DNA of 64,000 bases from an uncultured Chlamydiae bacterium (GCA_963713615.1 CAVQMM010000001.1:2016001-2080000), one strand, 5' to 3'; shown: positions 9,883 through 20,151, counted from the stretch's first letter. Notes: generated by a model from the sequence alone, not told the origin. Program-made: numbers and translations.

Positions 9883-11184
9883 ATGCTCAGTAAAAAAGTG
9901 ACGGTTTATGTGAGGCACTATTTGACCTCTGCTGGAATCAATTATTTTCAACAGGAATGGTTCCCATGGGTATACTCCATCATCAGCCAACAGAAAGGCT
10001 TTATATTCATCACTCATAAATTCAGTGGCCTATGCGCAAATATTTGCCTGCAATTTGAAGACGAGGCGACCTTTGATGCTTGGCTATTGCATCCAAGCCA
10101 TGACTGCTTAGTGGATGCCTTAGACGACTATCGCGATAGGGATTATTGGGAGGTCGTTAGAACAAGCGATGAACAAGCAGATCTGTCTCAACTTGAATGG
10201 ATAAACATAAAACCCAAGAAACAGGGATTGAATCCTAGAGAGAAAGAATTTGGAGAAACTTGGGAGGCAGCTCGCACACATTCCGGAAAACTTTTGCACC
10301 AACAAACCTTAGATGAATTGCGAGCGGGCACACTTAGTTTTTTGTGTTATGCTGGCAAGCCAGCCGATGTCAAATATGAGGATAGAGAAATTTCTGCTCG
10401 CGATGGTTTCCCTCTCTCTATTCGTATTTTTAACAGTCAACTGTCTCAAGAAACACCTGTCCTCATCTTTTACCCAGGCTGTGGTTTCATATTCGACTTG
10501 TTTGAAGTCAATAGCATCATTGGCTCCCGAATAGCCTTCTTCTCTGGCATCAAAGTCATTTTAGTACAGTTTCGACTAGCGCCGGAATACCCCATGCCGA
10601 TGAGTATTTACGACGGCTATGATGCAGCAGCCTATGTCGCCTCTCATTCGGAAAATTTTGGAGTCGATCCTAACCAACTTTTACTAGGAGGATGGTGTTC
10701 AGGAGCTCAGTGTGCTGCTGCCGTCTCCCATCTAGCTCATCAGAAGGGTCCACTAAAGGTCTATCATCAGATCCTATTAGGAGGTAGCTACGATTTAACC
10801 AACACAACTCATGATTTTGATGATTATGAGCAGCAGGACAAGATTCTCAGCCGTAAATTCATCGAGCATATAGCCAGCCGATATTACGGAATCCAACCTA
10901 GAGATCACTCCCATCCTTTGATCTCCCCCTATCATGCAGCAAATTGCACAGGATTACCGCCAACAACCATCCTGTGTGGTGAATATGACGCTCTCCGCAA
11001 TGATTCAGAAGGCTATTTTCGCAAATTAAAGCAGAACGATGTTCCTGCAGAGAAGATCGTGTTCAAAGGCCAAACCCATAATACGATTGCCATGCGATCT
11101 GTTTTGGGGGATGGACTGGACCCTGCAGAAGCCATTGCGAACGTTATTATGAGACAGTTAACTCGAGAGAGTTTTCCAGTTTAA
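9883..11184 (+). CDS. HSL-family alpha/beta hydrolase with an extra N-terminal ABM-like domain
   Basis: FRLAPEYP, EYDALRND and QTHN motifs; atypical YPGCG and GWCSG in place of HGGG and GDSAG. Confidence 0.8.
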   Translation: MLSKKVTVYVRHYLTSAGINYFQQEWFPWVYSIISQQKGFIFITHKFSGLCANICLQFEDEATFDAWLLHPSHDCLVDALDDYRDRDYWEVVRTSDEQADLSQLEWINIKPKKQGLNPREKEFGETWEAARTHSGKLLHQQTLDELRAGTLSFLCYAGKPADVKYEDREISARDGFPLSIRIFNSQLSQETPVLIFYPGCGFIFDLFEVNSIIGSRIAFFSGIKVILVQFRLAPEYPMPMSIYDGYDAAAYVASHSENFGVDPNQLLLGGWCSGAQCAAAVSHLAHQKGPLKVYHQILLGGSYDLTNTTHDFDDYEQQDKILSRKFIEHIASRYYGIQPRDHSHPLISPYHAANCTGLPPTTILCGEYDALRNDSEGYFRKLKQNDVPAEKIVFKGQTHNTIAMRSVLGDGLDPAEAIANVIMRQLTRESFPV

Positions 11185-11529
11185 AATCCGTACTTGTCAA
11201 CTCTTGGGTGGTGGAGTAGCCACTTATGTGTTGTTCTTTCCAATAACTCAGGTAAATTCTCAGTAAATTCAAGTTTCTACACAACATAGTTTTATCAAAA
11301 GTAGACTTAAAAAACATATAGCTAAAGATGATTAGCTTTGCGATCTTTTAATATAAGCCATACGGGCTTCATATGGATTATCATAAGATGAGCACGATGT
11401 TCACGTCAGCCTATTATGCTCAAAATCGACATTTGTCAGAATTGAGCATAATTAAGAACCTCTGCGCTGATTCAGCGCATCGATGTCACAGCTAAATCTA
11501 TCCTTAGCCACTAGATTGTTCATTAACCT

Positions 11530-12063
11530 TCATGCTAACCTCAAAATTGCTTCAGTCCTTTCAGGTAAAGAACCTGCGGGAATTTTTATGCACTCGAAAT
11601 CAAATTTGGCATATGTCTCAGCATGAATTTTTTCAAATGCTAAGGAATCTTCAAAGGAAATTTTTCTTGCCTCCGTGTGGGTCACAAAGCCCAAGTTATC
11701 AATAAAAAAGACCTTTTTTTGATAAACTTGTCCACTTTGCAAGCGTTCTATTTCTTTTAAAAGAACGTCAGATGGAGAATATTTCATATATACAGCAAGC
11801 GCATAGGTACAGAAGGGCGATCGATCATAAAATTGCAGTGTTGCATGGACATTTGCCATCTGAATTTCTCTCTGCTTTTGCAAGTTTACGATTTCATCAA
11901 TAAAACGTGGGTTTTCCCAGGGGGCCAGATTACCTAGAGCTTGGCTCAAGGCAATCACATCAGTTGCTGCTTCATTAACCACAGCATACCCTTTAATTTC
12001 TAAAGCTCTAATAATAAGAGTTTTTCCTGATCCTGGAGCACCTGTTAAAATATATCTTTTCAT
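11530..12063 (-). CDS. Small P-loop NTPase (AAA_28/NadR-like)
   Basis: ILTGAPGSGKT Walker A, VNEAA, FYDRS; start taken at MKRYIL. Confidence 0.85.
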   Translation of the reverse strand: MKRYILTGAPGSGKTLIIRALEIKGYAVVNEAATDVIALSQALGNLAPWENPRFIDEIVNLQKQREIQMANVHATLQFYDRSPFCTYALAVYMKYSPSDVLLKEIERLQSGQVYQKKVFFIDNLGFVTHTEARKISFEDSLAFEKIHAETYAKFDFECIKIPAGSLPERTEAILRLA

Positions 12064-12171
12064 GACTCCATAGTGTCGAAAGTACTTTTTTCGGTTCTTA
12101 TGAAAAATTGGGGTGATTCCAAGCGCCCCCAAATTCTTCCCAAGAACCTTTTTTCTGTCACAGAGTGGACC

Positions 12172-13452
12172 CTATTCAACTAAAGTCCTATCCTCATAGC
12201 AATGATTGCTCTCGTTGCGATAGTCACGTCGCATTTCCAATAACATCCGTCGTAAATGGTCTGCACACGCTGAAAATTCAAGGTCACGTACATAGGGGAT
12301 CATATTGCTCAGCTGCACCAATTGATTGTCGGAGAAGAAAAATAAAATGCCCATCAATTTGAGAGGAGGAGCCCCTCTGTGTATTTCTTGCGATGGCATT
12401 TCTAAAACCGCAAAAAGCAGCGCTTCGCTACTTTGAGGATTAATGACTTCTCGATGTTTCAAAGTGGTTCCAGGTCGTTGAACAACCATATCTGGTAAAG
12501 TACATTCATCAAACATGCTTTGAAGGATCTTGGCAGCTGCTTGCGGCTCATCGTGAAATAGCTCTAGGTGATCTGTACTTGAAAACAATTCTACATCAAC
12601 TTTTTGGGAAACAAAGAGTGGAACATCTACAAAGAGCACTGAAGATTTGTTCTTGTTGGGTTCGGCGCTCTCCTGAATAAATAGCTCTTGAAATGAAGGA
12701 ACTGGAATGCTGAAGAAGTTAAGCGGATCATAATAACGGTCTTGGACGAACTTTCCTTGGATGCGATTTAAATCTATCGTGCAAGACTCATTTCTATAGC
12801 TCATCCAAACCTTGGAAACCGTCTGTCGCAAGGTTTCTATCTTATCATCAAGCGACGAGGGAAACGGATTATTTACGCTCATAAGCACTAGGTGATTGTT
12901 TTTGATGAATATGAGAAAGGCTACATAATCATCTAGCTGTCTCCAGTCCGAATTTCGTTCTTGACCGAGGCAAAGGGCCTGACAAGTTGCCCCTTGAGGT
13001 ACTTTCATAATCAGAAAAAAGCCGGTCATTGTATTTTCTTGAAGAATCTCTTCGTGAATTACTTCCGGATTGAGACATTTAAATTCCGGAAAGATGAGCT
13101 TGTAAAATTCTTTACGTAAAATATCAGCTTGTGCCTCAGGAGGTTGCTGAATTAGATTTAAGGCCACAACATTTGGAAGAATCCTTATACAAACATTGGT
13201 CTGTGTACCAATGTTTGCGGGAAAGACGGCCATTGTACCAGCATCATCAGGTGATGGCTTTTCCCGTGTATTTTTGTAATCACATCCATCGATGACTAAG
13301 CTGAAGGCACCCGTGCTATCAAAATAACGCTCACCCTCCCAACAACCTTGTACGGACCTGGAACAGCTAGATGCGATGCCAACCAACATGAGAACGGCTA
13401 ATCCAAATCTGGCATATTGATACAAAATCCGTGTCATCGATGAACTATTCAT
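12172..13452 (-). CDS. Lipoprotein of unknown function, full-length family member with two repeated domains
   Basis: Lipobox LVGIASSC; start MNSSSM matches the paralogs; internal repeat WEGERYFDSTGAFSL vs FVQDRYYDPLNFFSI. Confidence 0.75.
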   Translation of the reverse strand: MNSSSMTRILYQYARFGLAVLMLVGIASSCSRSVQGCWEGERYFDSTGAFSLVIDGCDYKNTREKPSPDDAGTMAVFPANIGTQTNVCIRILPNVVALNLIQQPPEAQADILRKEFYKLIFPEFKCLNPEVIHEEILQENTMTGFFLIMKVPQGATCQALCLGQERNSDWRQLDDYVAFLIFIKNNHLVLMSVNNPFPSSLDDKIETLRQTVSKVWMSYRNESCTIDLNRIQGKFVQDRYYDPLNFFSIPVPSFQELFIQESAEPNKNKSSVLFVDVPLFVSQKVDVELFSSTDHLELFHDEPQAAAKILQSMFDECTLPDMVVQRPGTTLKHREVINPQSSEALLFAVLEMPSQEIHRGAPPLKLMGILFFFSDNQLVQLSNMIPYVRDLEFSACADHLRRMLLEMRRDYRNESNHCYEDRTLVE

Positions 13453-13501
13453 TGTTGCTCCTGTGTAAGCGCGCTGTGTCCATTTTTTGTGTCTGAGGAA
13501 A

Positions 13502-13766
13502 AAAGCCTCACAATCGTATCGCGGCGCGCGGCGCCGACTGCGTCGCCAATAGCCGAAAGTAACGCTAAAGAGGCTTCTTCGTGCCCAATGGCGCCTTGTT
13601 ACTTGGAAGTGCGTTTCGCTCTTGAATGGACGAAAAGGACCTAAGGGACATAAAAGACATAAAGGACTTGTAGTATGTCCTTTTCGTCCCTTAGGTCCTT
13701 TTTGTCCATTCAAGAGTGACACGCACTCCAAAGCGCTGCGCGCCGAGATACGATTGTGAGGGCTTT
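13502..13766. repeat. REPIN-like element (family D) containing a family-B palindrome (13619-13716)
   Basis: Ends AAAGCCTCACAATCGTATC...GATACGATTGTGAGGGCTTT; inner CTCTTGAATGGAC...GTCCATTCAAGAG; related to 43605-43835. Confidence 0.75.
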
Positions 13767-13909
13767 ACTAGCTGTCTATTTATGCACGCAAAAAGCATTC
13801 CCCGAAACTTCTCTACATTATAGACAACAAGAACAGTCCTAGTACCAATCAGCATGCAATCCTCTTTTTTTCTCAGGCTTCTAAATCGCTTTCAAAATCA
13901 TCTAGAAAT

Positions 13910-14581
13910 TCAAAATCTATGCTGACCCCATCTCTTCGAGCCTCTTCTTGACTTACGAATAGGTTCAGGTGATGCACAGACGGAAGATCGCGAGTCGTGC
14001 ATGTCCGAACGACAGCAAGAACAACCCTCTGAACCGTCTAAAGCTGAGTCTTCGTCTTGTATGATCTGCCACGCTTCTTCGTAGGTCTCTTCAATGTCTG
14101 TTGAACGTCCCATAACATCATAAATACAATATTGAAGCTTTCCGCCAAGAATGTGAGCCGTACGAATGTCTGGATCGTAAAGACGCCGCCCATCCTTATC
14201 GACTAGAAATAATAGAATTTCTACTTGCTCAACACCAAACGGCGGACTATATAAAAAAGATTCAAAGGCTGAATTATCATAAGCTGCTTGTATCATTTCA
14301 TGTGCGCAACTGATCAATAAACGCCGAATATGCTCTTTAGTCTCAGATCCTCTTGCCTGAAAAGAAAGACAAACAAGCCGAATTGGACCACCCGGCATAG
14401 AAAGGCCTGTGCCTATGCAGGACAGTCTATATTTTGCCTCTATTCTTTTAATAGCGTTTTGAAGAACTATAGAAGCCTGCTCGGTTGATTGTTCCATTTT
14501 TGCCCACGGCCATTGAATAAATTCAGCTCTCAGTGAAATGTTGAAACAACACAACACTAAAGCCAGCAACCGAAACATCAT
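13910..14581 (-). CDS. Exported protein, candidate cognate immunity protein of the RHS toxin
   Basis: ATGA overlap with the RHS stop; signal-peptide-like N-terminus; a paralog follows the orphan tip copy. Confidence 0.75.
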   Translation of the reverse strand: MMFRLLALVLCCFNISLRAEFIQWPWAKMEQSTEQASIVLQNAIKRIEAKYRLSCIGTGLSMPGGPIRLVCLSFQARGSETKEHIRRLLISCAHEMIQAAYDNSAFESFLYSPPFGVEQVEILLFLVDKDGRRLYDPDIRTAHILGGKLQYCIYDVMGRSTDIEETYEEAWQIIQDEDSALDGSEGCSCCRSDMHDSRSSVCASPEPIRKSRRGSKRWGQHRF

Positions 14582-17500
14582 ATTCTTTCTCCTTCGCTTT
14601 CACGATAAATTTTTAGATGTGGTCCTGTAATATCATCCCACGTTGGGCTTTGAACAGTATGATCAAACCATGGAGCATCGGGATGAGAATCGACCTCCCT
14701 TATCGTACCTCTCGCTATTCGTGCCCCTTTTCGATCGATATAAGGAATTGGATCGCGAAAGGGGTTTTTGTTCCGATAGTGGTAAACCTGACGACAGGTT
14801 CCTGGAACAATATAGGCAGCAGGCGCGATGGCTAGAACCAAGATTTGCTGACGTTTTTCCTCTGAGTAGGTTAGCAGTGCATTGCGCACATGTATAGTTC
14901 CTTGACTCGTACACACTTCTAGAAAGGTTCCTCCATCTGCCAATGCTCTATCCCATTTTTCATGAAGTCGCTTCACCGGATCTGTTGTTACGCCCCATAA
15001 TCCCATCACACACTCTATTAAATCCACAACAATGCCATGCGTCTCGTTGCAAGTGCCACGTACGTTTACTCCACCTGCAAGATCATGCACATGCTTAGAA
15101 TGCCCCTTCGACTCGGGTCCGTTGTTTTTTATGCCATTGGTAAAACCAATGCCTCCACCCTCAGGTTCCGGGCACCCCAAATCATAGTTATGCGAAGAAG
15201 GATACCAGGATTGAAACTTTTCAAACCAACTACAATGGCGCATTTTTGGTGCGTTGCTTTGCCGCTGCCTTCGACTACTACGGTCTACGTAGGGTTTCCA
15301 GCGGGGACGGGCTTGCCGCTCAAGTGGTTTTCCACACCGGCTACATCGAGCTGCTTCTAGCCCATAGAAGTCGATGTGTGTCAATGGGCTATTGTGCACA
15401 TAGGCGTAGAGATTAGGGCCGTCATCATACCCTCGGGGATCACGCGTCGTCCAACGCGCTGTCTCCGCATCATAATAGCGTCTTCCAAATAGAATCCAGC
15501 CGGTCTCGGGGTCATGTCTCTTACTCGCAAAACGCCACGGATTTGCCGATGATGGATCCGTTCCGTGTAATCCCCACAGCCACACTTGTCGATGTCGTGG
15601 CTCTTCTCCAAAAGCGGTATAGGAGTAGTTCTGCACGACTTCGCCGGTCGCATGACTCAGAAGCGCTACAACATGTCCGCTATGGTCATGCACGGGCACA
15701 TACAGGTTCGAGCCTAGTTCTATGGCCACCGCAGAGCCTATTTCCGCTCCAAATCCCTTGCCAAGTACGCGAAATTGATGCATCACGCCGTCTTTGTTGA
15801 TTGCCCCAATATCCATCTGGTCGCAATAGAGGTAATGTTCCTGGTCGCTGATGTTGCCATTGGCATCATAACAGGTTTTGCTCAGGCGCCGATTAAAGGG
15901 GTCATACTGATATCGCCAGCGACGTCCCTCCACATTAACCTCTACCAAGCGATTCAAGGCGTCGTATGCATAGGTTGCGTCTAACTTGTTGCCGGTCTCG
16001 GCGATTCGGTTCCCACGCGCATCATATTGATATTCTTTGTCTCCTTGTCTAAGCAGCTGATTCAAGGGGTCGATGTCGCAAGCAAAACGGTCCTTAACAA
16101 TGCGGTTGTTCAGCGAATCATATTGATACTGATGCTTGGATAGGCCTTCCTCACTAATCAGCTGATACAGGGGGTCAAAGGTATATTGGTTGTGGATCTC
16201 ACCCTCGGGATTTCTTAGACGCCTTTCTAGGAGATTTCCTGCTGCATCATAGCCAGTTGCAGGGATCTCTTCCTCAACATGCGGCGTGTGCATCCTACGC
16301 AGGCGTTGTAGCTGATCCCAAGTGTACGTGGCAGTCCCGGCCGATCCCACAAACTGTGCGGTTAAAACATTGCCGCTTTGATCATAGGTGAGGTAATGGT
16401 GCGTGTAACGAATATTGCCGCTAGTGTCTACACGAGAGATTTCCCTGAGGTGATTGCTATCGTGGACATATCTTACACCACTTCCATCGGGGAGGTGAAG
16501 GGAGATGAGGCGTCCAAGTGGGTCATATTCATAGGTACTGCTCAGTCCATTGCCAAGGGTCTCTTGGATGATGCGAGAGTCGGTGTCGTAGTTGCGTGAA
16601 GTGATTACTCCACTCATTTCATCAGTCACTGAGAGAATGTTGCCAAGGGGGTCATAGGTGTAGCGATAGGCTACAGAATGGTCCGATGCGGCGTGATAGG
16701 CTAAGCGTCCCAGGGGGTCGTATGTATAGCTCAGCATGAGGCCGTCGCCAAAGATGTCCCTATCCTTCTGACCAAAGGCGTTATAGTTAAAGAAGGTCTG
16801 GCGCAGCTGCGCTGTACCAGAACCTTCATGGAGTGCAATGAGGCGTCCCATGGCATCATATTGCCATTCCGTTATCACTTGTCTGTCTGGATTGTCAGCG
16901 GTCTTAACGTGATCTATGCGTTTGATGAGGCGTCCAGCGCTATCATGCGTTTGTGTTGTCCGCGCGGTTTCCTGACCAAATGAGTCTTTGCGAATCACGT
17001 TGGCTGTGCGTCCTAAGGGGTCTTGAGTGGTGATTGTTTGGTTCCCGAGGGGATCCACGACAGTCATCTGCAAGACGCGCTCTCCAAACCGATTGATATG
17101 GCTGTAGTCGTAGTGAGTAAGCGTTTCGTGTCCTTCGGCGTCGATGACCTTCCAAGGCTGACCTAGTGCATTATATAGCGTCTGAGTCATTGCGGCTCCA
17201 GAAGCGGTATGGGTGATCACAGCACAGACATGTCCTGCAGGATCATACTGCGTCTGGATACGTGAGAATATTGTGCCTTGTTTGTCTTCGATGCGCTGCT
17301 CTATGACTCTTCCGAGCAGGTCATGTTGTTCGATCGTGACGCGCACGTCATCTTCAGAGGGTCCTACCCATTGGATGGTCTTGGCTTTGTTGCCGAGGCT
17401 GTCATAGGCGTATTGCGTCCAGCCTGTAGTCTTGGAGATCCTGAGGGGGCGTCCGGCAGCGTCGTAGCTGTAATGCGTGACGTTGCCATTGGGGTCTATC

Positions 17501-20151
17501 TCGGAGAGCATGAGACTTCCGCGATAAGTTGCCGAAGAGCCTGATAGCAGTTCTCCAGCCGGCGAGTAGGTCTCTTTACTGGTGATATTGCCCAAAACGT
17601 CATAGTGTAGTTGGGTATAAGAGCCGTTTTTGCCGATTTGCTTACGCAAAGAGCCATCTAGATTATACTCAAAGCGCTCTGCAGTGCCGTCAGGGTATTC
17701 AATAAGAGTGGGCTGGCTGCGTATGTTGTAGTTTTTTCGTGTGATATTGCCTTGCACATCGGTCTCGGCGATGACGTTACCGGCGATGTCATATTCACGT
17801 CTGATTTGCAGCTCAATGGTATGGCCTTCAGCATCGGCGCAGGGGGGTAGAGTGGTGCAAATGAGTCTGTTCAGCTCATCGTATTCATAGCGCGTTTTGT
17901 TCCCGTAGATGTCAACGGAGGCTATGCAATTTCCTAAATGGTCATAGGTATAGCTTTGCTTGAGACGCAGTCCATGATTGCAGACGTGCTCTTGTGTGAT
18001 GAGACGATTGGAGCAATCGTAGGTGAATTCGAGATGAAAATCTTGGCTGGGGCCTTGTTCATAGATTTTGTTGCCATTGGCATCGAAACGTCTCTGGATG
18101 ATTTGTCCAAGAGCATTGCGTTCAAAAATGGGATTACCCATCGAGTCATAGTCCCACTGCAGAACATAGCGCAATTCGCCTTCGGCATCATGATGTGCGC
18201 ATTCCTTGATCCATCCTTCTCGTGTATAGCTGTTGGTGACAAATCCTAGGCTATGCTCTGTTTTAGTGTTGGTGTCATAGTAGTGTTCATCGATACGCAT
18301 CGGCAGGCCGATACAGGGAGCTTTAGGGTCTTGGACAAAATAGGTGATCTTGCGGACGGAAACATCGGTGTGGTCATTTACGGTCTGGCCACTGCCGTCA
18401 TCAATAAAGGTCTTAATGAGGACTCGATTTTCATCATAGTCGTGAAACTCTCGGGATAGAATGCGTTGGCCATCGCCCACGCATTTAGCTTCGGGGAGAT
18501 CTGTCTGTTGCCAATACTTCAGGGTTGTTTTACGTCCATTGGGTAATAGCTCCGACTGCAACAGACGCAATGGGGTATCGAGATACGTTCGGTTTACCGT
18601 ATAGCGTTCACAGCCATTTTCAAGGGGATGGCCTTCTCCGTTGAGTTGAGGCGCGATGGTGTTGTTGCCGCTTAGATTCCCCAAGATATGCTCAGCAACG
18701 ACGTTATGTTGTCCATCGTATTGTAGGTAGCGACATGAGCGAACGGTGCCATCAGCTTCACATAACGCTCTATTGAGGAGATTTGTGTGTTGATGATGGG
18801 CTTCTTTGCCCCAGAAGAGTTTATCCGAAAAATACTTTGTGTAGGTTGCGTCTGAGTTGCCTAAATAGTGTTCGATTCTTTGAAGACGCTGATCATCGCC
18901 ATAATGATAGAGGGTTTTGTGGTTGCTAGCATCGCGGACATCGGTAAAACCGTTTTGATAGAAAAAGCGGTGTGTCAATACGGGAGAGTCATCGGAGCCT
19001 ACAGGTGCTTTGAGAAGCCTGACACGATCTCGACGGATATCGGGTTTGTTGACTGCCTCAACACGCACTTTCTGATCTCCAACCCAGTTGTCGCCGGGCA
19101 AATAGTATTCAATCTGCTGAAAGCGTCCTTCAGGCAAGCTCCTGCTGCAGACTTTTTCCGTGGACTTGTCTTGTTCATAGGGAAGATAGGCATAGGTCAA
19201 CGGAGGAGCGTTTGGCCGAACGACCTCAGAAAGATAGGTACGATTGCTGGCAGAATTGCAAAATTTGTAGGTGACCTCTCTGCCATCATTGGCGCGCACG
19301 GTGACTTTTTCATTGGGCGGGTTATGTTCCGAATGGTCAAATGTCAATGATCCAAGCAGGCGATTTCCTGAGCTGTTGAAAAGCTGGATCTTGCTCATCC
19401 TGATATTGATCAAGTCCCAACGGCCCACTTGCTTTTGCTGCCGGAGATACTCATAGGTGACAAGAGATCCATTAGTACGCCGTTCTTCAGTGAGCTGAAA
19501 GTAGATGGGAAGTTCATCTGAATATCCGCCCCACTGTGGCTGATCAAATCGCTTAAAAGTTCTTTCGCCTCCATGACATAAATGTACGAGGAGCTTCTCT
19601 TCCGACACACGCTTGTGTGGATGATAGTAAGCGATTTGGTTTTTTAGGTTTGTGCGCCCGCTGATCTCACCTGTGCCTGTATTTGTGAGGCCTTTCTGCC
19701 ATTCTGACAAACGCTGATCGGCATGCATTCCTCTATCAGGTGTGGCATAGTAGTCTTTTTTTTGTGTAGTCCTACCTTTGCGTACGCTGCCCCATAGACC
19801 GATGTAGGAGACTGCGCCTCCGGTTGCTTCCGAAGCCTTGATGAGGTAATAGGGTCCTTCACGAGTGAGACAAGCAGTTCTGGCGTGGTTGTAGGTCCAG
19901 CCATGACAGAGCATTCCATCGGTCCAGTCAGCTGAGCAGTAAAAACGCTGTAAAGAAAGGGGCTCTGAACCGGCAATGGCGATATCGACCTCAGATTCGC
20001 TATAGGTGCCTGTGATTGCGTTAACACAGCCAGCAACGACACCTGAGGGGTCGCCCTCTACCTCTGCATGAGGCAAGTTTGTCTGCGTTTCTGCTGCTAG
20101 CAGAACCGGGACAAGACATAGATGAAACAAAACAAACAGACCACGAAACAT
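14578..20151 (-). CDS. RHS/YD-repeat protein with signal peptide and C-terminal alpha/beta-hydrolase (DUF687-like) tip
   Basis: Many YD/YDxxG repeats; core end FGRRYYD...RWTTRDP...DGPNLYAYVHNSPLTHIDFYGL; tip with FTNGI, CTSQG, RDPIP and FDH. Confidence 0.93.
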   Translation of the reverse strand: MFRGLFVLFHLCLVPVLLAAETQTNLPHAEVEGDPSGVVAGCVNAITGTYSESEVDIAIAGSEPLSLQRFYCSADWTDGMLCHGWTYNHARTACLTREGPYYLIKASEATGGAVSYIGLWGSVRKGRTTQKKDYYATPDRGMHADQRLSEWQKGLTNTGTGEISGRTNLKNQIAYYHPHKRVSEEKLLVHLCHGGERTFKRFDQPQWGGYSDELPIYFQLTEERRTNGSLVTYEYLRQQKQVGRWDLINIRMSKIQLFNSSGNRLLGSLTFDHSEHNPPNEKVTVRANDGREVTYKFCNSASNRTYLSEVVRPNAPPLTYAYLPYEQDKSTEKVCSRSLPEGRFQQIEYYLPGDNWVGDQKVRVEAVNKPDIRRDRVRLLKAPVGSDDSPVLTHRFFYQNGFTDVRDASNHKTLYHYGDDQRLQRIEHYLGNSDATYTKYFSDKLFWGKEAHHQHTNLLNRALCEADGTVRSCRYLQYDGQHNVVAEHILGNLSGNNTIAPQLNGEGHPLENGCERYTVNRTYLDTPLRLLQSELLPNGRKTTLKYWQQTDLPEAKCVGDGQRILSREFHDYDENRVLIKTFIDDGSGQTVNDHTDVSVRKITYFVQDPKAPCIGLPMRIDEHYYDTNTKTEHSLGFVTNSYTREGWIKECAHHDAEGELRYVLQWDYDSMGNPIFERNALGQIIQRRFDANGNKIYEQGPSQDFHLEFTYDCSNRLITQEHVCNHGLRLKQSYTYDHLGNCIASVDIYGNKTRYEYDELNRLICTTLPPCADAEGHTIELQIRREYDIAGNVIAETDVQGNITRKNYNIRSQPTLIEYPDGTAERFEYNLDGSLRKQIGKNGSYTQLHYDVLGNITSKETYSPAGELLSGSSATYRGSLMLSEIDPNGNVTHYSYDAAGRPLRISKTTGWTQYAYDSLGNKAKTIQWVGPSEDDVRVTIEQHDLLGRVIEQRIEDKQGTIFSRIQTQYDPAGHVCAVITHTASGAAMTQTLYNALGQPWKVIDAEGHETLTHYDYSHINRFGERVLQMTVVDPLGNQTITTQDPLGRTANVIRKDSFGQETARTTQTHDSAGRLIKRIDHVKTADNPDRQVITEWQYDAMGRLIALHEGSGTAQLRQTFFNYNAFGQKDRDIFGDGLMLSYTYDPLGRLAYHAASDHSVAYRYTYDPLGNILSVTDEMSGVITSRNYDTDSRIIQETLGNGLSSTYEYDPLGRLISLHLPDGSGVRYVHDSNHLREISRVDTSGNIRYTHHYLTYDQSGNVLTAQFVGSAGTATYTWDQLQRLRRMHTPHVEEEIPATGYDAAGNLLERRLRNPEGEIHNQYTFDPLYQLISEEGLSKHQYQYDSLNNRIVKDRFACDIDPLNQLLRQGDKEYQYDARGNRIAETGNKLDATYAYDALNRLVEVNVEGRRWRYQYDPFNRRLSKTCYDANGNISDQEHYLYCDQMDIGAINKDGVMHQFRVLGKGFGAEIGSAVAIELGSNLYVPVHDHSGHVVALLSHATGEVVQNYSYTAFGEEPRHRQVWLWGLHGTDPSSANPWRFASKRHDPETGWILFGRRYYDAETARWTTRDPRGYDDGPNLYAYVHNSPLTHIDFYGLEAARCSRCGKPLERQARPRWKPYVDRSSRRQRQSNAPKMRHCSWFEKFQSWYPSSHNYDLGCPEPEGGGIGFTNGIKNNGPESKGHSKHVHDLAGGVNVRGTCNETHGIVVDLIECVMGLWGVTTDPVKRLHEKWDRALADGGTFLEVCTSQGTIHVRNALLTYSEEKRQQILVLAIAPAAYIVPGTCRQVYHYRNKNPFRDPIPYIDRKGARIARGTIREVDSHPDAPWFDHTVQSPTWDDITGPHLKIYRESEGERI

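Noticed and set aside
11185..11529. AT-rich intergenic stretch as an ncRNA or att site
   Set aside because: No convincing stem, repeat or motif found by eye.
13453..13731. N-terminal extension of the 519-aa ORF
   Set aside because: Runs through REP-like repeats; the paralogs and lipobox place the start at 13452.
14578..15220. Diversity-generating retroelement (template/variable repeat) explanation for the duplicated RHS tip
   Set aside because: Differences are not adenine-restricted and there is no reverse transcriptase in the window.
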